From: Escherichia phage vB_EcoS_UTEC10
Strand: one strand, 5' to 3'
DNA length: 44,773 nucleotides
Sequence record: PP291582.1
Position 1 is the stretch's first letter, and the number at the start of each line of letters is the position of its first letter. The notes beneath the pieces are model-generated. The model worked only from the letters and a program-made list of their open reading frames with translations. It was not told where the DNA came from and ran no database searches. This document shows positions 25,751 to 34,531 of the stretch, in pieces. A program made the position numbers and the translations under genes.

Positions 25751-28092
25751 TATTTAAACCCCGGCGCGTTTCTTGTGGCCTTGCGGGCCTTGCTAATCTT
25801 ACTGTTGCTGTTCTGCAAAGATGCAGCAACTTGCTCTTCTATGATGATACGCAGACGGCCTTCATCATCCTGCTCGGTGGATACGTTGCCAATCTGACTC
25901 GATGTATTATTTACAATGGTAACATTAGATGGGCCGGAAGAAGACCCGTTTTGCCCCATAATTTCTTTCATCTGCTGCGCGGTGCGCACACGCGATGCGC
26001 CAGCGGGCATGATAACTTCGGGTTTACCGCGTTCAGCGATGGTGGAAGCCTGCCCTGCGGATAACTGTCCGCCCTGTTCACGCGCGGACCGGATAGCGGA
26101 AACCTGCGCCATACCCGCCCCAACGGCAGCGGCAGCGGCTACGGGGGCCAGGAACGGGCCAACTACAGGGATAGCGGCCGTTGACTTATAAGCCTCAATA
26201 GCTGCTGTGTACGTGGCTATGGTGGCCTGTACGATAGCGAATGCCTTATACGCACCAGAGGCCTCGCCCAACGCAGACCCGATGTTTGACGCCATGTTAC
26301 CGAAGGCGGTTGCCGTTGCGTCGGCACGCTTGGTGGCGTATTGCTCGTTGATGGCGTTAAGCGCGGCCTGATACTGCTTCTCACTAATAAGCCCTTGCTC
26401 ACGGTACTTATCTGCGACCGCCAGTTTCTGCTGCTCCTGGATGTCGAGAAGATCAAGCTCAGTAGCGTTCTGGCCAATAATCTGAGCCATGAAGTCGTCG
26501 CCTTTCTGCTTTTTCTCCTGCCGTTCTTTCTCGCGCTTATCCAATTCTTGCTGCCGTGCGGTATCCGCCTCCAGCATAATCTGAGTTTTGGCGTTCTCGT
26601 ATTGTTGGTCGCTAAGAAGCCTATTGCCATAGAACTCCTGTAGCTTGGTTAGCTGCTGTTCCTGGTTGGCTTCTATTTTCTGGAATACGTCATCATTGAG
26701 ATGAATCGACTGGTAGTAGAAATCCTCAGCAGCTTTCTTCTGGCGCTCGAACGCATCCGCGGCTTTCTTAGCGGCTTTTGCACCAGCGCTATCATCTTCG
26801 GATCCGCCACCAGTACCCGTTACCTTAAATTTACTAAGCCCTTCTTCCTTAGCAGCCTCTTTGTCGATGTCATACGCCGCGCGTTTAAGCGCGACGATAT
26901 TTTGCTGAGCCTCCACCTGTTCACGGAAACTTTTACGGGTCAGGTCAGCAACATCGCGCTGAGTATCCAGTGCCATCCCCAGCTGGAAGTTGATATTTTT
27001 TGCTACGTCTACAGATTCACCTGGTGTGAAGGCCGCTTTCACTAGTCGCCCAGCGTCCTGTGCCCCTTTAACCATATCCTCAAAGAAGCGCTCCATAGCG
27101 GTGAATTCTTCTGCGATGAAATCGAGAGCATCGGCGGCGGATTCCGCTATGGTTGTCGCCGTTTGTTCGCCGCTGTCAGTGATACTTTTACTGCTAAAAT
27201 CCCAAAGTTCATTCAGTCCGTTTATCGCATCGCCTACGAAGCCGAACGCGGCGTCAAACGACGTCTCTATGGCGCTGCCTACTTCTGACGCGATGTCGCC
27301 CCACATACGCATCTCAGCAGCAAGCTCCCCAGATGCAACCTGTGCATTAAGCTCCTGGATTAAGTCATCTATGTATCTGATAGGTTCGGCTAGGGCGCCA
27401 ACATCAAGACTGGTGGCCAGTGTCATTTTTAACTGCGACCATGAGTCGCTGGCACTGGCTATAGCGCCGTTGAGTGTGTTGGCCTGGTCCGCCATAGCAC
27501 CCGCAAAGTTTACGTTACCAATGTTAAGAAGGTACTGCTCGATATCAGCAGCGCTCTTCTTAACTACCGTAGTGGTGCCCTGGAATGTAAATTCAACATC
27601 GTTTTTGTTCTGCTTGGCCTTGATGCCGAACTCTTTAAGGCGCTCAAATTCAAATGTACTGGCGTCCGCAACGGCCTCAATCATCTGATTCAGGTCTTTA
27701 CCCATAGCGGCGGCGGTGTTGCCGTAGGAGCGCAACGCTTCTTCTGATGGGGTGAGGCCGAGCGCCACAAGTTTACGGAAACCCTCTACTGCCTGCTCGA
27801 GCCCGTAAGGAGTGTCGCGCGCGAAGTCTTGCAGGATGCTTAATGCCTGTCTTGCGCCCTGTGTGCTCCCGGTTAACGTTTTCAGGCTGGCGGACATCTT
27901 GTCCAGTTGCCGTTGGGAGTCCACCAGTTCCTGCGCGGCCTTGTAAGCGGTAGCGGCGACAATTGAAGCAAGGCCCGCTACGGCGGTCCCCGCTACTTTT
28001 GCCGACTTGGAGAGATTATCAAGACGGTCCGATGTAGCTTTCGCGCCTTGCTCTGATACTTTTACAACTAAACTAGCTACATCAGCCATCAT
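25750..28092 (-). CDS. tail tape measure protein
   Basis: 780 aa, long helical/coiled-coil protein rich in Ala/Gln/Glu; location downstream of the chaperone pair. Confidence 0.8.
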   Translation of the reverse strand: MMADVASLVVKVSEQGAKATSDRLDNLSKSAKVAGTAVAGLASIVAATAYKAAQELVDSQRQLDKMSASLKTLTGSTQGARQALSILQDFARDTPYGLEQAVEGFRKLVALGLTPSEEALRSYGNTAAAMGKDLNQMIEAVADASTFEFERLKEFGIKAKQNKNDVEFTFQGTTTVVKKSAADIEQYLLNIGNVNFAGAMADQANTLNGAIASASDSWSQLKMTLATSLDVGALAEPIRYIDDLIQELNAQVASGELAAEMRMWGDIASEVGSAIETSFDAAFGFVGDAINGLNELWDFSSKSITDSGEQTATTIAESAADALDFIAEEFTAMERFFEDMVKGAQDAGRLVKAAFTPGESVDVAKNINFQLGMALDTQRDVADLTRKSFREQVEAQQNIVALKRAAYDIDKEAAKEEGLSKFKVTGTGGGSEDDSAGAKAAKKAADAFERQKKAAEDFYYQSIHLNDDVFQKIEANQEQQLTKLQEFYGNRLLSDQQYENAKTQIMLEADTARQQELDKREKERQEKKQKGDDFMAQIIGQNATELDLLDIQEQQKLAVADKYREQGLISEKQYQAALNAINEQYATKRADATATAFGNMASNIGSALGEASGAYKAFAIVQATIATYTAAIEAYKSTAAIPVVGPFLAPVAAAAAVGAGMAQVSAIRSAREQGGQLSAGQASTIAERGKPEVIMPAGASRVRTAQQMKEIMGQNGSSSGPSNVTIVNNTSSQIGNVSTEQDDEGRLRIIIEEQVAASLQNSNSKISKARKATRNAPGFK

Positions 28093-28441
28093 TTCTACCC
28101 TCGAAAATAGCGTCTAAGCTCATGATGATGCCAGATTCAAACATGCCTATATTCTGGCCTGAAACGGTGCTGTACGCCACTAAATCCGACCATCTTAACT
28201 GTTCACGCGGGTACATCTTGATGCCATCATCGTCCACTCGGCGGGTGAATTTGATTTCCCGGTACTTCTCGAAGGTGGTTAGTAGCTCAGGGGGGCATTC
28301 TGGCCCGGTGTCCTGCGTTGCTTCCGGCGCGTCTTGCATAACCCCCATAGCAATTAGCGCGGCTTTATGCCCGTCGGAGATACTGTCAAACTCCCGCCGT
28401 TTGTGGCGAGTTATGAAGTTCCAACGGGCAAACTGGAGCAA
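28082..28441 (-). CDS. tail assembly chaperone, T-like frame (probable -1 frameshift extension of the G-like gene)
   Basis: ORF lies in the -1 frame relative to 28447..28863 and is open from 28474; GGAAAAG sits just before the G stop codon. Confidence 0.45.
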   Translation of the reverse strand: MLQFARWNFITRHKRREFDSISDGHKAALIAMGVMQDAPEATQDTGPECPPELLTTFEKYREIKFTRRVDDDGIKMYPREQLRWSDLVAYSTVSGQNIGMFESGIIMSLDAIFEGRNDG

Positions 28442-28446
28442 CGCGT

Positions 28447-28863
28447 CTACTTTTCCTGCAATTGGTGTAGCTGTTCATTGTGGAAAACAACAACGTGTTC
28501 AGCGAGGCGTTTATATTGTGAGAAAAGGGTATTCAGGTTCTCTTTATTAAATTCATCGTCGAGACTCCAACCGTTAACTAGTTCAAGTGCTAACTGGCGG
28601 TTAAGGTCCGTCGCGGCGTCTTCCATCTTAATATTGTATTCCGAGAAATCTTTCAGTTCCTCGCATTTATCACGAAGCGGTTTCAATTTACCTAATGCCG
28701 CGCGGTACGCAAGTGTAAACGCCCTCATAGCTTTAACAGCAACGTCTGCCTCCGGTGAAACAACGTTAAGCCACTCCCCTGAATCGGTGCCGTCTTTCAG
28801 TGGGATCGGCATACGGGCGCCTTTTTCCGCCTCAGCTTCGTAATAAAAATCGGAAAGTTTCAT
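28447..28863 (-). CDS. tail assembly chaperone (lambda G-like)
   Basis: 138 aa acidic protein immediately upstream of the T-frame ORF and tape measure gene. Confidence 0.5.
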   Translation of the reverse strand: MKLSDFYYEAEAEKGARMPIPLKDGTDSGEWLNVVSPEADVAVKAMRAFTLAYRAALGKLKPLRDKCEELKDFSEYNIKMEDAATDLNRQLALELVNGWSLDDEFNKENLNTLFSQYKRLAEHVVVFHNEQLHQLQEK

Positions 28864-28970
28864 TCTTTAATCCTTTGGTTAAGAGGTTACTGGTTAAGGT
28901 GAATGCGCCAGGCGGGAACCACCCGCTTTTCGTGTGCGACACTAGGCGCAAACTTATTCTAGCACACTAC

Positions 28971-28999
28971 TTGCAGGCCCCAATATAATAGGGTACTAT
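28971..28999 (+). promoter_or_regulatory. cassette promoter TTGCAG-N17-TACTAT with embedded TATAAT and AATAG-GGTA-CTATT repeat
   Basis: CCAATATAATAGGGTACTATTCA is repeated near-identically at 38644-38668 and 40816-40840. Confidence 0.55.
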
Positions 29000-29029
29000 T
29001 CACTTACACCAACAATGGAGGAATTTAAA

Positions 29030-29221
29030 ATGTCAAGTTTACCAGTTTCATTAATTCTGTTTGCACTTCTCGCCTATTTCGCGCCTTTCCTGGTTGCATA
29101 CTTCCGTAATCATAAAGCGAAGTTGGCAATATTCATGGCCAATCTGTTTCTTGGTTGGATTCTGTTGCCGTGGGTATTCATTTTAATCTGGGCTTGCAAC
29201 TCGAACGTGAAAGAGAAGTAA
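29030..29221 (+). CDS. small two-TM membrane protein, superinfection-immunity (Imm)-like
   Basis: Internal ATG with GGAGGAA RBS; 63 aa; NLFLGWILLPWVFILIWA resembles the conserved motif of small superinfection-immunity proteins. Confidence 0.5.
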   Translation: MSSLPVSLILFALLAYFAPFLVAYFRNHKAKLAIFMANLFLGWILLPWVFILIWACNSNVKEK

Positions 29222-29258
29222 GCTACTATAAGACAAATCCTAAGCACGAGGAATAAGC

Positions 29259-30389
29259 ATGGCCCGGAAGAAAATAACCGACGAACAGTTGCAGGAAGAA
29301 TTGAACGCCGGGATGAAGAATATCGATATAGCTCGTAAATACGGCATCTCCGACCGCGTTATTCGTATCCGTAAAGCGAAGCTGGCAAAGAAAGGCGTAG
29401 GCCACGGGCGCGACGTTAGTCACCTTGTACCAGACGGCTACAAGATTAAAGGAACGTCGTCGCTTGTGGACGAGTTCGGCAACACTAAGCTGCAATGGGT
29501 TAAGACCGACACCGATGCCGAACGTCAGGTCGAGTTAATGAAGGCCGTAATCGAGGGCATGAAGTCGGAGATTACCCCCGTTGCTCCTGTTAAAGCCGTT
29601 CGCACCAAACGAGACGACAAGCTACTCAACCTTTACACTGTGTCTGATTTCCATCTCGGTATGCTGGCATGGGCCGACGAGAGCGGCGATGACTGGGATA
29701 TGAAGATTGCAGAAGACCTGTTCTCTCGGTGGTTTGATGCTGCGTTTCAGAAAGCGCCAGATGCGGGAACAGGGGTTATTAACCTTCTTGGTGACTTCGC
29801 GCACTTTGATAGTCTGGATGCCGTTACGCCAGCGAGTGGTCATGTTCTTGACGCGGATACGCGCTATCAGAAACTGGTCCGCTACATGATTCGTATGGTC
29901 CGCCGTGTTGTCGATATGGCTCTGGTTAAACATAAAAATGTTCGCCTGCTTATCGTGCAAGGGAACCATGACGAATCAGGTATGATTTGGTTGGCTGAGA
30001 TGTTCAGTACGCTATACGACAACGAGCCTCGTGTGTTCGTCGATACGTCGCCGGATGTTTACAAGATGGTGCAACACGGCAAAACGACGCTGTTCTTCCA
30101 CCACGGGCATAAAGCACGCTTCGATGCTATCGAACCGGTTATGATTGCCAAGTTCCGCAAAGCGTTCGGTGAGAGCGTTTATAGCTACGCCCACGTGGGC
30201 CACCTGCACCATCAGAAGATTGTAGAAAGCCGTAACATGATTGTTGAGCAACACCGCACCTTAGCGGCTAAAGATGCTTACGCCTCTCGCGGCGGGTGGA
30301 TGTCGGGCCGTAGTGCAAACGTAATTACTTATAGCGCCGAATACGGCGAGGTCGCACGTTTAACTATTTCACCGGAGATGCTGGGATGA
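29259..30389 (+). CDS. HTH domain fused to calcineurin-like metallophosphoesterase
   Basis: N-terminus NIDIARKYGISDRVIRIRKAKL (HTH); C-terminal motifs DFHLG, GDFAHFD, GNHDE, HHGH, GHLHH match the DxH / GD / GNH[DE] / H / GHxH set. Confidence 0.7.
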   Translation: MARKKITDEQLQEELNAGMKNIDIARKYGISDRVIRIRKAKLAKKGVGHGRDVSHLVPDGYKIKGTSSLVDEFGNTKLQWVKTDTDAERQVELMKAVIEGMKSEITPVAPVKAVRTKRDDKLLNLYTVSDFHLGMLAWADESGDDWDMKIAEDLFSRWFDAAFQKAPDAGTGVINLLGDFAHFDSLDAVTPASGHVLDADTRYQKLVRYMIRMVRRVVDMALVKHKNVRLLIVQGNHDESGMIWLAEMFSTLYDNEPRVFVDTSPDVYKMVQHGKTTLFFHHGHKARFDAIEPVMIAKFRKAFGESVYSYAHVGHLHHQKIVESRNMIVEQHRTLAAKDAYASRGGWMSGRSANVITYSAEYGEVARLTISPEMLG

Positions 30390-30871
30390 AAAGTATTGTG
30401 ATTTTCGATTTAGATGGGACATTGGCTGATGGTACGCATCGTTTGCACCTGCTGCCGAAAGATAACTACAACGAAACGTGGGCGTGGAAGCCCTTTAACA
30501 TGGCGTGCAAAGATGATGAACCAATTAGAGATAACATCGAACTGTGTAACGCCCTCAATCGTCGCTACGCCGTTATTATTTTAACGGGCCGTAGTGATGA
30601 TGCAGAAAAAGAAACCAGAATGTGGTTGCAGCGCCACCGCGTCGAATTTTATCAGCTAATCATGCGCGGCAAACACGACAACAGAAAAGACATCGCAATT
30701 AAAGAAGAGGTGTTGCGTGCTATCGGGCTGGAGAGAATCTTGTGTGCATTCGATGATTCTCCGGCGGTAATTAAGCATTTCCGAGGCCTCGGCATAACCA
30801 CACACGCTGTCACTGAATACGACTGTAACGGTAACTCTACACACTTAAAATCACACGGGAGTGATAAATAA
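30386..30871 (+). CDS. HAD-family phosphatase (T4 Pnk phosphatase-domain-like)
   Basis: VIFDLDGTLADG is HAD motif I (DxDGT); later TGR and D-containing motifs; ATGA overlap with the upstream gene. Confidence 0.7.
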   Translation: MKSIVIFDLDGTLADGTHRLHLLPKDNYNETWAWKPFNMACKDDEPIRDNIELCNALNRRYAVIILTGRSDDAEKETRMWLQRHRVEFYQLIMRGKHDNRKDIAIKEEVLRAIGLERILCAFDDSPAVIKHFRGLGITTHAVTEYDCNGNSTHLKSHGSDK

Positions 30872-31425
30872 TGGCTAAGGTAATTATTCTTAATGGCCCT
30901 GCGGGTTGCGGGAAAGACACGCTTGCTAGGGAGCTGGTAGAAATGGGCTTTGCAAAAGGAACTACCAGTTTCAAGAATCCGATGTTCAATATTGCGCTGG
31001 CGGCGTTAGGCCCCGATACTTACCACGAGTTTCTCGACGGCTACGACGACCGGGCGCGGAAAGAAAAGCCGGAAGGCTTCCTTAACGGGTTGTCTCGGCG
31101 TCAGTTCATGATTGCCATTTCTGAGCAATTCATTAAACCGGTATTCGGTGACGATTATTTCGGTAAATATCTCGCTGAAAACTTGCCTGACGGCGACGAA
31201 GTTTTTGTAGTGTCCGACGGTGGATTCGCCAGTGAAGTGGTCCCTATCGTCGCCGCAGGGCATGACGTAAGAATTGTTCGCTTACACAGAGACGGCTATA
31301 CGTTCATCGGCGATAGCCGGGAGTATCTGTATGATGTTAGTGGCGTAAAAGATTACGACATCTACATCATACCGGGTGACGTTAAATCCAACGTCATAGA
31401 CATTGCTCTAAAATTAGGTTTGTAA
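30871..31425 (+). CDS. P-loop kinase (T4 gp1 dNMP-kinase-like, or polynucleotide-kinase-like)
   Basis: Walker A GPAGCGKDT near the N-terminus; overall layout resembles T4 gp1 (SGKDT Walker A, RLHRDG region). Confidence 0.65.
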   Translation: MAKVIILNGPAGCGKDTLARELVEMGFAKGTTSFKNPMFNIALAALGPDTYHEFLDGYDDRARKEKPEGFLNGLSRRQFMIAISEQFIKPVFGDDYFGKYLAENLPDGDEVFVVSDGGFASEVVPIVAAGHDVRIVRLHRDGYTFIGDSREYLYDVSGVKDYDIYIIPGDVKSNVIDIALKLGL

Positions 31426-31429
31426 GAAA

Positions 31430-31455
31430 AAGGCCCCGAAAGGGGCCTTAGTTTT
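31430..31455. terminator. bidirectional Rho-independent terminator (AAGGCCCC-GAAA-GGGGCCTT)
   Basis: Same stem and AGTTTTA flank as the 19060-19086 terminator; overlaps the major tail gene stop. Confidence 0.65.
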
Positions 31456-32620
31456 ATGCGTAGGTGATACGCTGGATAACAATAGACGACTGGTACTGGT
31501 TGCCAGTAGCCTGGCCCTCAATGGACTGAGTGATTGACTCAGGCCCGCCAATCTCTGGCGTAACCGCCGTAAGTTCCGCACGTTTCAGGCTGAAAGACAT
31601 AGCCCCGTTTACCCCCGCCAGAATAGAGTTAATCTCTACCTGCTGTTCGTTGATAAACTTCTGAATCATCGCCATGTCGTACAGCTTACCGGAGATGGAG
31701 AAGGTGTTAGCCGCGCGGCTACGCTCCACAAACGCTACGTTAGTGTTGCCGAGTTCGAACTGCGCCGACGCGCTGTTATCGTTGGTGATGGTCAGGCTAT
31801 CACAACGCAACGGCGTAGAACCGTCGAACACAGAAACGTCAACCGAGGAGAACGGCTCATCACCAAAAGTAACAGATGAGAAGTTGGAACCGGTCGGCGG
31901 CGTAGTGAGAATCTCCTGACTGCGACCGATGAATGGGAAGCTGCCAGTTACCATCGCGTTAACAGCCTGTTCGATGGTAAAACCAGAAACTTCCACGCCT
32001 TTGGTTAACGTGTACGCGTCAGTACCGCCGCACTGGCCTTTGTACCAGGTAAGGATAGAGAACGTCTTACACGTGTTACCGGTTTCCAGCGTGTCGCCGG
32101 TTTTAGCCTTACTAGTTTTTGTCTCGGTGGTCAGGGTGTGTTGGATGCCCGCACCAGTAACAACCGTAGCCGTTACTGCAGTAACAATAAATGGTTTTGC
32201 GTTATCGCCTGTTAAATCGGTAAATGCAATCAGGTCGCCTACCCCAACTCCGTCAGTGATAAAACTGCCGGTAGCGCGTGTGAACGTCTTGCCCGCCGGT
32301 GCGACCGTAATCGACAGACTGGACAGGGAAACACCGGATTGCCACGTAGAGCCTAAAGCACCAGCCAGCCAGTCATCCTGGCTTTTCGAGCTAAGCTCGA
32401 TCGCGTATTCGCCGCTAACCTGTTTGTTACCGGTGCGGATGGATGTAGTTTCACGGCTGCCGTCCAGTTCGTTGGAGGTCAGCGTGTCGCGGGTAATAGC
32501 AGGAACACCGCCTGTGTTGCGCAACGGCGACCATACCGGGTTAGCTGGTGTTACGCCCGGGGTGACTTCCGCCACATAGAATTGCGCGGTATTCGCGCCC
32601 TTAAAAGGAGTTGTAGCCAT
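31454..32620 (-). CDS. major tail (tube) protein
   Basis: About 388 aa Thr/Ser/Gly-rich protein downstream of the tail terminator gene; ATG at 32620 with AAGAGG RBS. Confidence 0.65.
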   Translation of the reverse strand: MATTPFKGANTAQFYVAEVTPGVTPANPVWSPLRNTGGVPAITRDTLTSNELDGSRETTSIRTGNKQVSGEYAIELSSKSQDDWLAGALGSTWQSGVSLSSLSITVAPAGKTFTRATGSFITDGVGVGDLIAFTDLTGDNAKPFIVTAVTATVVTGAGIQHTLTTETKTSKAKTGDTLETGNTCKTFSILTWYKGQCGGTDAYTLTKGVEVSGFTIEQAVNAMVTGSFPFIGRSQEILTTPPTGSNFSSVTFGDEPFSSVDVSVFDGSTPLRCDSLTITNDNSASAQFELGNTNVAFVERSRAANTFSISGKLYDMAMIQKFINEQQVEINSILAGVNGAMSFSLKRAELTAVTPEIGGPESITQSIEGQATGNQYQSSIVIQRITYA

Positions 32621-32622
32621 AT

Positions 32623-33036
32623 TCACAGCCTCTTGGTGAATGCAATAAAGTTAATTGACAATGGTCGTTTGGCCCATCCGTTTTCTACAATCAGCGGCCC
32701 CAGGCTAACCGATTGAACCTCGGCGCAGATGTCGTTACGTGAAAATGACTTACCTGCTTTAAACGCCGTGTTAAGTAAGTCTGCCATTTTATTGATTGGC
32801 GCGCTACCTTTCACCGATGCGTAGTTAATGTCTACCTGATAAACACCGGCGCGTTGTTCCGTGAAGAACAAATCAGCCTGCTCGGTATCCGCAAGTAGCA
32901 TGTAACTTGCCAGATACGGCGTATCGGTTGACGTCGGCGCGTCAATATTTTCAAGCGCAACCTTGATGCCGTTGGTGGTTCCGAAGGCTACCAGCGGCAC
33001 ATCGAACGCTTTGGTTAAGTCTTCAAAGTAGCCCAT
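32623..33036 (-). CDS. tail terminator / tail completion protein
   Basis: 137 aa; synteny immediately upstream of the major tail gene. Confidence 0.45.
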   Translation of the reverse strand: MGYFEDLTKAFDVPLVAFGTTNGIKVALENIDAPTSTDTPYLASYMLLADTEQADLFFTEQRAGVYQVDINYASVKGSAPINKMADLLNTAFKAGKSFSRNDICAEVQSVSLGPLIVENGWAKRPLSINFIAFTKRL

Positions 33037-33431
33037 TATTTCACCTTGTTGGCTTCTTCGTTAATGAGTTGCTGGAAGCGAGACACATTAGTCCTGACAA
33101 CCCCGGCTGGCGCCTGTTGCGACCAACCGTACTCCAGCCGTTGCGCATACGGCAGGTTATTAGTAAGTGTGAACTCGCGCCAGTCGGCGGCTTTCAGTAC
33201 GAAACTTGTAGCGTTTCCGGTTGCAGTGTTTCCTGATTTATCCGTAGCATCTGTAATCCCGGAAGCAGGAGTACCACCAGACGCCATCCAGTTCATACGA
33301 AAGCGGCCAGTGTCTACCGGACTCGCCTTTATGATAGCGGAAAACAGCTTGATAGACACCTGACGCATCACCTTCTCAGGGTTCTTCTTCGCCTTTTCCA
33401 CGAACTTAGAGACGTCAAGCGCGAAACTCAT
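33036..33431 (-). CDS. head-tail joining / neck protein
   Basis: 131 aa; PYAQRLEYGW motif; synteny. Confidence 0.45.
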   Translation of the reverse strand: MSFALDVSKFVEKAKKNPEKVMRQVSIKLFSAIIKASPVDTGRFRMNWMASGGTPASGITDATDKSGNTATGNATSFVLKAADWREFTLTNNLPYAQRLEYGWSQQAPAGVVRTNVSRFQQLINEEANKVK

Positions 33432-33787
33432 TTTCTCACCTGAATAAAGTAGGCCACGACATCATCGTTAACCATCTTCTTCTCAATAGCTACGACAGAC
33501 CATTGCTCGCCGCCGAATTGCACCTTGTCTTCCATCTTCGGGACGACACCGCAATCCGCTTTAACAATCATGTCGCCAGCCTGAATCGTCGTACCGTTTA
33601 CCAGTCCAGCGTTTACCGGAACCGGAACAGCTTTCAACAGCAACACTTCATCGTCAGACCAGACGTACTCACCGAGAACTTCATCCCATACTTTCGAGCC
33701 AGCGCGAATCAGAGATACCGTGCTGCCGAATTTGGTTAGCAGGCGTGTACCCACGCCCTGCATACGTTTGCTGAAAGCGGTGCTCAT
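33428..33787 (-). CDS. head-tail connector protein
   Basis: Internal ATG at 33787 with GGGGAG RBS (MSTAFSKRMQG...). Confidence 0.4.
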   Translation of the reverse strand: MSTAFSKRMQGVGTRLLTKFGSTVSLIRAGSKVWDEVLGEYVWSDDEVLLLKAVPVPVNAGLVNGTTIQAGDMIVKADCGVVPKMEDKVQFGGEQWSVVAIEKKMVNDDVVAYFIQVRK

Positions 33788-33915
33788 GTTGACTCCCCGC
33801 AAACCGCTAAAAATATAATTAGAGCTGTTGTTGATACCAGCGCAAACACTGATACCAAAAATTCGTACTTCCACAAAAAATCAGAGTTAATCCACATATT
33901 AATTATTTTACGCAT
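33784..33915 (-). CDS. small single-TM membrane protein (43 aa)
   Basis: MRKIINMWINSDFLWKYEFLVSVFALVSTTALIIFLAVCGEST; ATG overlaps the upstream stop and its stop overlaps the downstream ATG. Confidence 0.25.
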   Translation of the reverse strand: MRKIINMWINSDFLWKYEFLVSVFALVSTTALIIFLAVCGEST

Positions 33916-34529
33916 TACGCAGCCTCCAGTCTCGAAATAACCAGTAGCGCAGATGGTGCTGTGCCCCATGCAGTTACCGTAGCCGCTTGCGGGTATACGC
34001 CGCCGAAGTTACTCCCGGCGCTATCCCGCATAATCTGAACGGCAAACGTCTGGCCTGCGGTCGGGTTAATAACGACGCGAGACTCAATCGGGATTGTGGT
34101 ATCGGCGCTAACTAGTTTTGTAGCGGCGGGTGAGCCGTACTGAGCACCGTTCAGAAGAATGCGCGATAGCAAGATAGATGTACCGCTGGCCCCAGTGCGC
34201 CCAGCCTGTAACTTGATGCGAACGGCGTAGTTACCTGCGGTGTTGAACGTAACCAGCCCCGCGGCATTAATCATTACAGGGTCGGATGCGCTACCCTGTG
34301 CAGCTCCAAAAGTTAACTGCAACGCCGTGTTCGTTGCGGTGGGCACTTGTATCACGGTCGACGCTGCGCGGAGAACTTCAACCTCTTTAACACCGGGAGT
34401 GGCGTAAATAGGTGAGTCCGCCATCTGCGTCATTACCTCGCGTAGCTTCGCGGGTGTGATGGCACCGTTGGTGTTATCGGGGAGATTCGCGCCGATGAGG
34501 GTGAACATCTCTGATTTAGTCTTCGCCAT
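33915..34529 (-). CDS. virion structural protein
   Basis: 204 aa Ala/Thr/Gly-rich protein in the connector region. Confidence 0.45.
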   Translation of the reverse strand: MAKTKSEMFTLIGANLPDNTNGAITPAKLREVMTQMADSPIYATPGVKEVEVLRAASTVIQVPTATNTALQLTFGAAQGSASDPVMINAAGLVTFNTAGNYAVRIKLQAGRTGASGTSILLSRILLNGAQYGSPAATKLVSADTTIPIESRVVINPTAGQTFAVQIMRDSAGSNFGGVYPQAATVTAWGTAPSALLVISRLEAA

Positions 34530-34531
34530 TT

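Noticed and set aside
26990-27688. 232-aa plus-strand ORF, and neighbouring plus-strand ORFs at 26341-27045 and 28122-28843
   Set aside because: All lie antisense to the tape measure and chaperone genes and translate to Ser/Ala/Leu-rich low-complexity sequence.
28911-28930. Short hairpin GCGGG-AACCA-CCCGC followed by TTTT, considered as a plus-strand terminator
   Set aside because: Only a 5-bp stem and no upstream plus-strand gene to terminate; it may insulate the cassette promoter from antisense read-through, but support is too weak to annotate.
31674-32579. Plus-strand ORFs of 81 and 216 aa
   Set aside because: Antisense to the major tail protein gene.
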